A DNA stretch of 59,952 bases, counting the filler, from Sphacelaria rigidula (taxonomy: Eukaryota): the NCBI GenBank assembly GCA_964200075.2. It is 6 parts of 6 records of this genome, joined end to end, with 100 filler letters (N's around TTAATTAATTAA, not from the genome) between each part and the next. Parts side by side here need not be neighbours in the genome. Positions count along the whole stretch, not along the records: positions 10,011 to 19,919 come from CAXNAA020007506.1; positions 20,020 to 29,928 come from CAXNAA020007507.1; 4 more parts are not named here. One strand, given 5' to 3'. The notes under the pieces are model-generated. The model was not told where the DNA came from, did not search any database, and saw only the letters and a list, made by a program, of their open reading frames with translations. The translations under genes and the position numbers were made by a program. This document shows, piece by piece, positions 11,941 to 23,400 of the stretch (position 1 is the first letter of the stretch; each line of letters opens with the position of its first letter).

Positions 11941-13980
11941 TCAAGAGCAGCTGGCTCAACACTGCATGAAAAAGCAGAGGGAGAGAGAAAAAAATATATA
12001 GAGTAACAGCAGTACAACAGCACCTGTTCTACTGTTCTTGTTTGTGCTTTGACGACAAAAAAACGAAAAAAAAAAAGATCGAGCGGGCAGAGACAGCAAA
12101 CGCTGAAAATGTCGGGGTCGGAACTACTCCGCTACCGCCCAAGCAAGACAGGCAACGGAGAGGGTTAAACCGGTAGACTTGTAGGTTAAACTGGCAAAAA
12201 ATCTGACAGTTTGCCAGAGGTGCGCCGAATAATAGATTTTAGCTTGGGTGTCTCTCAAACATTTGGAGCAGCGTCTCTTTAAAACTTGCGAAGGCAGACG
12301 CCACAAGAGAAGCGTCTCGATCCTTTTATTGAGTGTTCACGCGCGAGAGATTGTTGACCAAATCTGTAGTTGTGATTCGATACGTGGTATTAATTTCGAT
12401 ATATACACATGTTAACGTTGTTGGGATTACGAGTATCATTTTCAAGTAGGGTAAAGTTGCTGTGTACACACACGGCCATGCGTCGTCTTGCTCGGGTATA
12501 CTCTCGCGGCGAATTGTTGCAACTATGCAAACTGCTGTCGAGTATAGTAGACCAGTACTTCATTGCCTATGGCTTTGACCAGAGAATCGACTTCGACATG
12601 GCACGTTTACCGCTTCCATCCACACCAGGGGAGAGATTGGTTGATCCCTTGAGACCACGGGCTCATCCCGAGGAAGGGGGAGGGTTCAAAGTGCGACAAA
12701 TGAAACTAAAAATAATAAATATTCAATAGTAAAAAAATAATCATCCACAGGGCATCAATGAGGGCATTGCCATGGCACGACGCGGCTGATGTGAAACCTC
12801 AGCAGCTCTTCGACCATGCCGTACATCAAGTATAATCCACTTACGTTATTGTAAAAGAAACAACAGCACTACGGTAAAGAGGAAGGGAGAAGCGGCGCGC
12901 AGTCTTCTGACTGACCCAACGCAAGGACTCGACACGTCTGACTGACCAGTATGGGTGTGCGCGACTGCCTTTCGGAAGAGTTTGCGATACATTCGTGTAC
13001 TTTTTTGTCACCATTTCGCGCTGGGGTTGCCTGTTGCTGCTTCTTTTTGTGCGAGTAAGGTGCTGTATGTGAGGATCCTAATCCTTACAACCAACGGAAA
13101 GTGACCTCCCTCAGACTAATACAGAGACCAGAACACAACAAACGTTACAATTGTCGTTGGTGGCACTAGTACGCTGACACGAACTTGTCTCTTCGCGAGA
13201 GTCACGATGTTCCACGGCACTCCTACCGGGGCTTATCACGGGAATTCTTGTCATGTCCCGTCGTTTTTTTTTATGACGGGAAGACGGTCCCATCCCGTGC
13301 CACTATTTCTGTCACGGGAAAACGTTCCCGTCCCGTTGTTTTTTGCCGACGGGGACACATTCTCGTCCCATCTCGACCCAACGCGAAAAATTCTCCGTCT
13401 TATTCTGCCCCGTTCTCACGGGAAAAATCCCGACAGTTTTCGTGGGTAGTCCATCAGATTGGATGGGACTGCCCGTGAACGGAACGGGGATTCCCGTCTA
13501 ATCTAACGGCGATTTGAGTAATATTTTGCGCAGGTAGAATGTCGGAACATGCTTTCGATGTTCGGGTTCCGGTCCCTTCCGCAGTCCATTCGTATCGTAT
13601 GTGATATGAATCGATGAGCGGTCAAGATTATCGTGACCACGCGCGGCTTGTCACGGAACTTCGGAGCGGGACAGTTTTTCCGTCACTACCTTGGGTCGAT
13701 TCGAGTGTTGTTGTCGGATGTTGTACATCAAAACCGGTCGATTTCTTCGTGAACGTGTCCAAGCATCGCTGCACCGGACTAAAGTCTCATCGCGCTTGTT
13801 TCAGGGCGGGAGTTACACATGCACTTCGGGAAGGACGGGACGGAACAACATTTCCCCTCCCGTTTCGTCACGTCAATTTTTGCTATGGGAAACCGTTCTT
13901 GTCCCATCCCGTCAGCTCCCAAATTTTCTCGTCCCGTCCTGTTATTCTTTAGCAACGGGACACTGTTTCCGTCCGAATTA

Positions 13981-14229
13981 TGCTACGGTAGGGATGCACG
14001 AATATTTTCTGGGGTTAGAATTTGTTGGGAGCCCTTCGTCTTATCCAAAACACAACTTACGAAATATGTGAGAGTACTCCAGGGGATTATTATTATTCCA
14101 ATGTGCCAGGGGTAGCCCGAATGAGTTTGCAAACGGGGATGTCCTAGCTCGTATTCTTGTGCATCTAGAATCGTTAGGAGCCCCTGAACCAGACAAGATT
14201 TTGCGCAAAAATTGCACCCTACCGTAGTA
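13981..14229. mobile_element. ~250-bp MITE with TIR TGCTACGGTAGGG(G)TGCA
   Basis: TIRs visible; inverted copy at 16089-16333 and truncated copy at 29866-29928. This copy is nested in a larger TIR element (~13641-14305). Confidence 0.8.
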
Positions 14230-14609
14230 TTGCTCGTCCCGTCCCTGTTTGGCGATGCTTATTCCCGCGTCCCACCCCGTCCCGAACTTGCGTGACAAGT
14301 CGTGACTTCCACCAACCAATTCTTCTGTAGGAAAAGCTCGTTTGCCTCACAGATCGCGATGTACGCGAGGAGGGCGCATTTCGGCGACCATAACGTTTCG
14401 ATGGTGAGGCTTGTTCATTGTGGCATCCCTGCATTGCCAACTTCACTCAGTACGATCTCATCTAAGTTTACTACTAACTGATGTGTGAATTTAAGAGAGC
14501 AGCGAAATCTAACAACACTGTTCATTATCCATACGGATCTGGACAATTGCAACATTCGAGGTATCTTTCGATACCTGCGACTTCTTAGCAATCATCCACC
14601 ATCACCCGG

Positions 14610-16085
14610 AGCCTACGACACAGCATGGGGAAACAAACGGGCTGTGGAAAAGTTGTGGGAAAGTGAGATCAGAGTAAATTTGCGGAGAATGGTGAAGAAA
14701 AAAACGACAGAATGTGAGAGAAGTGTCATGATGCTAGACCGGAAAATATCGAAGCCGTTCTTTTTTTCATAAGAAGTTGCACAAGGATGTACGTTTTCAC
14801 CCACTTTATCCAAAGCATTTGCATTTATTAACCAATGACCTGATAACAGCAAAAGAAGCAGCAAAGCGGTGAGGGAAGATACGGTGTCGGGATCGATGTT
14901 CGCGGATGATTTCATGGGGATATCAGGAACAACAGAAGGGTTGCAGAAGCAAATAGAGCAAACGCTAGAAGACACCAGAAAAATGGAGAGTGGCAGCGAA
15001 CGTCGATAAAATGCGCGCTACTTGTATGTAACGAAGGTGAGAAGAACCCGGTAGAGTTCAAGTGAAAGTGGGGAGAAGAAGAACTGCCCATCGTAGACCA
15101 GCATACAGACTTGGTGCAGATTTATAAATATACTGTTTTTGGGGTGCACACATGAATAAAGCAATATAAAAGAGTAAGGCACATATAGGCAAGATAGACA
15201 GACGTGGTCGTACGAGATTCGTACCTAGATACCAGGATTAATATATATGTACTATGATGAATGTGATTGTACCAAAGCTGGAATATACAGAAGAATGGGA
15301 GAGGAACGCGAAGTTGGAGAAGAAGCAGGATACAGTGCAGAGATGACAGCAGCTACGAAAATACTTGGGTCCTCAAAAACGACGAGTAATACAGCATTGA
15401 GAGCAGAGTTGGGAATATACCCACATGTAGCAAATAGAGAAATTATAACATTCAACGGCAATACACGTGCGAAACGTGTCAAGGACGAGATCACCAGTTG
15501 GGGCCGTATGGAGGAAAGTCAATAAAGAGCAGACCGGAATAAGGTGGGATAACGTAGTTGAGAAAGTATGGAAGGGCATAGGATAAAACCAAGCGAGATA
15601 ATGTCCATAGGTGACTGTGGTGGGCACCAGACAAGATAATAGACATGATAGAATTAGTAAGGAAAAATGAGCGCTGAGACGGGACGAGGAAGAACACCTG
15701 AATATATACGGGGGGTTGAGGGAGGGAAAAAGGGATGAAAACAATAAACAATTCTACATGGCCCCATGGACTCCGCGAAAAATTGAAACTGCGATTCCGG
15801 GTGGGGGACGTGGACTTGCCAGAAAGAAGGTAGATACAGAGCTATACTAGTAGTCGAGCGGAGGAGAAGGAAGTTGATGCACAGAATTACCCCTGTCGTG
15901 AACCAGTAGAGAGTACAACTCATATCGTAGGAGAACGTGAACTATGCAATAAGGAACGGGACGTGTTAAAGGGGGGAAATTGGGAAACAAACGAAGGTGG
16001 CATGAAATCGTTTGGTAAGTTAGATGGTAGCGAGAAAACGGTGGAAGTACAAGGAGATAAATGGCGGCCGCAGACAGGGAATGAG
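14610..16085 (+). mobile_element. Degenerate LINE-like retrotransposon, family A (RT C-terminal half plus Cys/His knuckle remnant)
   Basis: AYDTAW, VAQGCTFSP, MFADDFMGISGTTEGLQKQIE...KWRVAANV, and ES.THIVGE near 15910. Interrupted at its 3' end by a MITE at 16089. Confidence 0.8.
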
Positions 16086-16088
16086 CAA

Positions 16089-16333
16089 TGCTACGGTAGG
16101 GGTGTACTTTTTTCGCGAAATTATGTCTAATTCAGAGGCTCCCAACGATTCTAGATGCACAAAAGTATGGGTCAGGGCATCCCCGTTTGCAAATTCATTC
16201 TGGATATCCCCATCACATTGAAGTAGTAATCCTGGCGTACTTTCACATACTTTCATAGGTCGTGTTTTGCATGAGAGAAAGGGCTCCTAACAATTCTAAC
16301 CTCAGAGAATATTTGTGCACCCCTACCGTAGCA
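16089..16333. mobile_element. Copy of the TGCTACGGTAGGGG MITE, at the 3' end of the family A LINE
   Basis: tgctacggtaggggtg...cacccctaccgtagca; internal sequence is the reverse complement of 13981-14229. Confidence 0.8.
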
Positions 16334-17096
16334 TCACTCCGACGACGAAAACAACGACCGTCGCTTTGATTGACTTCGCCCCGACCGCAGCCTGCACTTG
16401 CCGGCCCCAGCGCGGGAGTCGTCAGAAAGCTCACGTCGTGCTTTCGCACTCCACACTGCACACGACCACAGGCGACGTAGTCCCTGTATGTGTTTGTAGG
16501 CATCATCTCCACACGAATAAATGACCGGACCGCGCCGTTTGTATTCTTTTGTACGAAAACACACAAGCGAACGCTAGAAAAAGGGTGGAATAACGTCATT
16601 CATGCCACTCCCGCTTATCGGAGGTCACACGCAACAGTAGTTAGATTATCGGAATCAATTGAGCGTACCACGTTTTCCGGCCTCTCTGTCCGCGTTGCCG
16701 CAACTCGGTGCATTTTCTTGGCCCACGCCGCGAAGTCTTCTCCGTCCATGCCGTCCCAGGGCCGCCGCCATCCATTCTAGTGTCGCATATTGCAATCATC
16801 AAACATGGCGTTTTCGGGGCGGTGGGGGGGCGGGGGATGTCATCTTGTTTTTGCACTGAAAGTGTTAAACAAAATGACGGAAAGGCGATTTAACTGACGC
16901 GTAATGTATAGTCTGGCGGATCTACGGATCTACGTAAAATAGGGTGCTAGCCAGCCTCGAAAGTATGATTTGCATAGGCCACTATACTATATCCAGACAG
17001 GCACTGGGCCCACGCCACAGCTTGGAGCCTAACCCCAGTGATTGCAAAAGCGGTGCATCGCCAAAACATACACAGTCTCAAGCATACCCCGTACTT

Positions 17097-19582
17097 TCAT
17101 ACAGATGATCCGACTTTGCCCGGGTCCACCTCCTGTGTATCCAACACTAGTCAAAACACGCAGGGTAATCTTGTCATGATCGCGAAGGTGGGGATCAATT
17201 TTCTGCACCGTTTTTTGTTCCATGGGGTCGTCAATATCAGCAATATCAGCAATATCACCTATATCACCTTACCTTGAGAGCCTTGGTTCTGTTCCGTTTC
17301 AAAACCTCGGAGTACTCCACGAAGCAGTACTTGTCCAGCAAGTTGTTCTCAACCACCCGCATGCGGTCGTGCTGCTTTTCCTTGATTTCCAGCTTTAGCG
17401 TCACTCTCTCCAGTTCTAGTTTGACGATCTTCACGAAGCAGGGCAAAAAACCAAATAGTACAGTTGACAACCAATGATTTAGACTGGCTGGTCACCATAC
17501 TTTGAGTAAGCAATGTGTACAGGGTACAGCTCCCAGTAGAGGAGTCAATACATCGCCCGACACTTTACAGTGTACAATGAATGCACAACGTTTTTTCATG
17601 GTGAGGCCGTTATACGTTGTACTGCCCTACCGTACCGTACTGCACATATGCATTTTTGGTCTTCAGCTCAAACGACCTCACATGATGATGGCCGAGTAGA
17701 ACACACTATGAATCGCACAATGAATCGCACTATGCTGGTCTCGCTCTCTTTGATTCGATTTTCGATGTAGGCGGCGCCTCGCCGGGTCTCGGCGGGGATT
17801 CGGGACAGATAATGGACACGTTGCGCTGCGCTGCATTTGGAATGATCGTTGATGGTACTACTTTATAGCGTGCCCTATCTTGTGCAAGACACGATACAAC
17901 ACGGTACTGCAAACGCGTTATACACACGTCTAAATGTCTAGATGGGTAGGCGATCAACCACACGTCTCGGAGTGGCCAAAATCTTCTGTAAGATCGGCTA
18001 GATATGAACGACACTTGTAGACTGCCTGTCAATTCTGTTACGGTAGGTTCAGGCGATGAACGAATGGTATCAATTTGGGTTTATCTCATGTATTCATTAT
18101 ATGTGAAATATACCCCCAGTAGTCCAGACACGTCTGGCTGGGCGAAGCAGTATTGCGAGGTGTCGAGTATCGTCATCATCCTATCGGCCGGCTGCGCGGT
18201 CTGGCCCTCTCTGCCGGTAGCCCGTGGTGGAGAGGTTGATGTGCAGTCTTAATGGTGTCCACGCGAACATTTTCATTTTTCTCTTGGCTTATAGTTACAT
18301 TGAATCGAAACCCTTGATATGGAATTCGCGGTGCAACATATTGTCCACCGTTCGAAGTCCCCAGTCCTGTATATCATTCATTGTCGAAGGTGACGCGAGC
18401 GGCCGCCGTCCTCAATGTCAAACTCTTTTTGTTCACAACGATCCATGATGGCGACAACCCCTCGTTTTGCCCTCTGAGCGCCAGGCGACTCTTTCTGTGT
18501 GTTGTAGGCTAGCCTTTTCTCCAATGCGAATACAACCGCGGACCACAGAAGGGCAGCGTCTAGCTCAGGCCACCGTGCCGGCAAACGTCGGGGTGTCTCA
18601 CCAAATTCGCGCAATCCGATGGGTTCTTCTACTCTCGGTTAAGTTTATGGCTGTGGCGGCGCGCCGTTATGTGGCGTGCCTCCCTCATGTATACGACGAT
18701 AGCTGTTTTTTTATTAGGTCGAACGCCGATAGAGGATGCTTGATTCAGCCTTGATAGGTATGTCCGCAATGAGTATCTCCTCTCTCACACACAAACAAAC
18801 GCATACATATTGTATACCTCTATTCCCAGGTCGTCAGCTGTTAGCTGGACCAGCATTGCTTTTTTTCTCGACATCGTTCTTACAATATCAATATCAAATG
18901 ACGCCACACGACCGAGGGACGTACATAGCTTATGATTTCTATTATTTCTCTCTGTAGCTGTTCGACCCCCCCCCCTTTTTTTCTGTTCCTTCTTTTTCTC
19001 AGAGCGTGTTTCAATTTCGTTTTTCTTGGGTACGTCTATCATGACACCACGGCTGGACCCCTGGGGGGTCAGTTATAGTGCGACAATCAATCAGTCAGCT
19101 TTCCTCCTTCCGAATTTCCCCTAGTGAGCCTTTCCATTTCTCTCCACCTTGGGTACGTCGAGCTTATTGATAATGGTCAAGGCTATTAATACATCAGTAG
19201 GTCCCTCGGGGATAGTTTAATATGCCACAGTTAATCAGTAGCCATCCTCGTTCTTCCGCAAAATAGCAATTCCGATACCGATACATGCGTTCCCGGAAGT
19301 GATTCTGAGCATCAGACACATTCATGCAAGAATTTTACTCCACTGAAAGTGACCCTCTATATTTCGTGGCAACACCTCGATCGTCGGCCGACCATCTATA
19401 AGCAAAAACGCGGTGCGTACCTCTGCGTCCACATCGGCAACCACTTGAGCTGCGTTGGCCACGAGCGCTGTTGCTCCGTCGGAGGATTCCAGCAAATGGA
19501 AGTGGAAGGGTTCGCCGGCCTCGAACTGAGCCTTGCGCTGGTTCGCGAACTTTAGCAGCTCTCGCTTTACCTCCGCTAAACC
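17097..19582 (-). CDS. Uncharacterised coiled-coil protein, 5'-partial, 3 exons
   Basis: Phase-0 exons with ag/gt ends: 19421-19582 (GLAEVKRELLKFANQRK...VVADVDAE), 17273-17428 (IVKLELERVTLKLEIKEKQHDRMRVVENN...KALK) and probable terminal exon 17097-17132 (EVDPGKVGSSV*). No family recognised; the terminal exon is less certain. Confidence 0.6.
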
Positions 19583-19804
19583 CTGCCGTGAAAACAACAG
19601 CGAGCGCGAAGCAGAGGACACGCCGGTACTCGCATCGGTGTACCCACGCGTGCTCTCATGAGCAGGAAGGTGAATACGAGAAGCAGTGTTCTTTGACGTT
19701 TCTGCCCCCGGGCCCGGCGACGAAGCGGATAAGATATAGTGACGGAGCATGCGGTTTGTCATCAAGGGTTGTTTAATGAACAAACTGTCTTTGTCATGAT
19801 TCAA

Positions 19805-19919
<115 letters not shown>

Positions 19920-20423
19920 NNNNNNNNNNNNNNNNNNNNNNNNNNNNNNNNNNNNNNNNNNNNTTAATTAATTAANNNNNNNNNNNNNNNNNNNNNNNNN
20001 NNNNNNNNNNNNNNNNNNNAGGTTGGGGTTGTGCGGTTGGTGAAGTATGGGGAGACCAAGGGGGAGGGGGGGGGGGGGGGGGGGGGGTATTTGATTCCAC
20101 CAAAAAGAGGCTCATAGTTATGTCAGACGATCTGCCGCACTCGCGGTGCGCTTGTATTTGGTTAAAAACGGTGCCAAGCAGTATGGATGAGTGTTCCATA
20201 TTTAAAACGAGCTCGTTTGAACAACGGTTACTGCTTTCAACGACGATTTGACTTGAAATTCCGTGCGAGAAGTGGCCCAAAATATCGCCCCCCTCCCTTA
20301 CGTAGGATCACTCATGCCGTGTTGGGTGCTTTTTGTGTTACTACTACAGCCAAGATGCTGCTGGCATGTCGGCATCCTAACCCCAATGGCGTATCGCCTC
20401 CTTGTTTTACGCTATGAATCCAG

Positions 20424-23400
20424 GAAATGAAAGATCGAGAGACCAAGAAATATTTGCTGGAAGAATTCGTGAAGGAGAACGAGATCAGATCATCCGAACT
20501 CGAGATGGCCTACAAGAGGTACATAAACCTTGCACCTCCCAGTGGGGGGGCTCGAGCCCCACAGTCAGCGGAGATCGACTTCAAGACCTGGGTCATGGTA
20601 AGAAACCTACCGTGTTTTTGATGTTCCGGACCAAAAATGTCAGAGTTGAGCTCACTTGCATGATTTTGTTTTCATGTCAGAGAGGGTGGGAAACGTGGAT
20701 TTTTCTTGTCAGCGTAACATTCGTCAGCGTACTGGTGGGTGAGGCACGACCTGTTCCCCACGTTTTTTTGTTTTTTACTATTGGGTATGCGGGTATGCGG
20801 GTATGCGTCTGGTCTTTGTGCAAGACCTTCGCCACCGAAGCCATGTGGCAGCGCCCAGCCGTTTCTATTTATCGGTGTCCGTTTGTTTTTCCTTGTCGCT
20901 GTATCGGTTCGTTCTTTCCGTTTTTTCTTTTTTCAGTTTCTCTTTTCAGTCTTGTTTGTCTGTCCTACGAGTACCTTTTCTGTGTTCTTGTCTTTCCTTC
21001 AGCAAGTGTTGCAGTTTTGGTTTTGCCTCGGGCACGTCTACATTATGGATAATGACCAATCACGCCTGGATTCCCGGGGGATCGGTTAGATGCGACAATC
21101 AATCAGTCAACCAATTATTCAGAAAAAAATCGATATAGATCTCATGAAGTTGACACTTTCCAGGATTCGCAGTGCTTCTCTCAGCGTGTTGAGTTTCGCA
21201 TACAATGTGTAAAGAAAAAAGAGCGTTCGGACGTGTTAGCTTGATGAGGTATATACACTGGCACAACTCAGCCTAATAAAAGGAAACCCGCTCCCGACTC
21301 TCTCTGATGTATTATACATCTCACGTTGAACTCGGGGCAGCTACTTCTCACCGGTTTTCGTGGCGTCTCTCTTTTTATTTTTTAATTATTTTGGTAATGT
21401 GTCTGGTAAGGAATAGCAACGACGGTATTGGAAAGGCGNNNNNNNNNNTCTGCGAGCCTACGTCTGTGACCACGGGTTCGCGAGATCGGACGCATGTGCG
21501 GAAATAATAATAATAATAATAGTAGTAATAAAAAGTAACCCGACGTGTCGGACTTTTGGTGGCAGGACTTGTGAAGGCGAGGGAGTGGTGGTGGTATACC
21601 GTGCAAAAAGTGCGCAACGGAAAAAGAACTCCAAGTCAACGGAAACAAAAGCGAGAAAAAGTACGTTACGAGTAAGACTGAGGGGAAGTGTCCTGCCCAC
21701 CGTGTACCAGTTCAGGATTAATCTTGGCACGACGTCTGGGATTCCGCGAATCTTCTTTCTACTTTTGGGACGACGGGTGTTCATTGTTGAGACAACGGGG
21801 CCGCTCATGTGTATCGGGAGCGAGTCAAGGTTCAACGTGAGCCAGAGAAACAGCGTCAAGGTGTACCTCGTCACAAGGACTAGTATTATAGTAGTAGCTG
21901 TGCGCCACAAAAGCAACAAACGGCCCATCCGTACAACACGCAGTTGACGTATTTCAATGGCTTTTCCTGACGCACTGTGTTTTTCTGTGTCAACTTGTTT
22001 GTGCACCCACTCAACGGAACAGGTGTTCAACATGGAGCCTACGGGGCAATATCGGAAGCTTTTCAAGTTATACGATGTCACGGGCACTGGCGATGCGCCC
22101 GGCCTCGACGTAGATACGCAGAGGATGGACGTACGCGAAGTGAGATCTTGAAAAGAAAAGAGTAAATACAAACACACTTCCAAAGCAGAGAAAAAAAAAG
22201 TGATGATGTATACACACTGCGGTGGTATGCTCGATGTACTATCCTGGTCGTGTGTTGTTTGTCCTCTGGTATGTCAACAAGGGAGTAAATACAAACACAC
22301 TTCCAAAGCAGAGAAAAAAAAGTGATGATGTATACACACTGCGGTGGTATGCTCGATGTACGATCCTGGTCGTGTGTTGTTTGTCCTCTGGTATGTCAAC
22401 GAGGGAACGAACGCCTCGCATTGTTCCGACAAGCAGTCCTTTAAGGCTCATTAATATCGGCGGGAATTCTCGGACCTTTCGGATTCTGCGTTCAGACTTT
22501 TCCGAAAACGAAGCGGCCTTTTTTTCTCCGAGGTTTCATTTTTTCTGGATACGTCCGAAAAATTCGGACCGCAACGTAGCACTTCGGGGAGCTGTCCTGT
22601 GTATACATCGTGACGCTCGCCAGCATTTGAGAATCATCACCTACCTTGCCAACCCGACAATTTTGGAGATCTCCGACAAAAACAGTGTCGATGGTAATCA
22701 TGGGCCCGAGGGTCTCCGCCTCACAACCGGCTACGTACGCGTTTCCCTCGCGGGGTATCTGTTGGAGGGAACGATACATGTATCAGAGCCAACCGCTCGC
22801 TTAACCAGTAATGTGCAGTCAGCGCGGGTCGCATATCATATTGCTCATAGTGCAGCGATAAATATTACAACAGAAGTTCCACTTCGTATCACCGCACTGC
22901 ACTACGCCATGCGGTACAGTACGACCCAACATTTATATGGGGACCTGCTACTGATATATGTAGATTTGACTCCCCGACACGTTATCAAGGCAGCAGCGGC
23001 GTGTATTTTGCGTGGTGGTAACGCCTCAAGCTGGCAACGAGCAGAGATCTGTCTGCGCGCGAGAGAGCTGCGCCAGCCGAATCTGTGACACCTCCTTCGT
23101 GTACGGTAGTTCCTGGCGGCCTGCGCCCCCGACCACCGACCACGCTGCCGCCCGCCGTGGCTTCACGGCGTACGCGGCAGGAGTAAGTGCTCGCTACTGG
23201 GGCATTGCTCAGGCGTTACGTGACCGCGGTTTTCCGTGTCGTCCTCGCCGCTTTTTAGTGCTGCCGCTTTTGGTATGCTGTACTGTACTGTACTGTACTG
23301 TACTGTACTGTACTGTACATGCGTTTGCCGACGGTGGGTGTGGGGATATTAAGCGAGGGGGGAAGAGCGGAGATGACGCGATAATTTTCGACATTATAAT

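Noticed and set aside
22222-23088. 288-aa ORF, the longest in the track
   Set aside because: Runs through a tandem duplication and a MITE inside an intron; no protein-like motifs.
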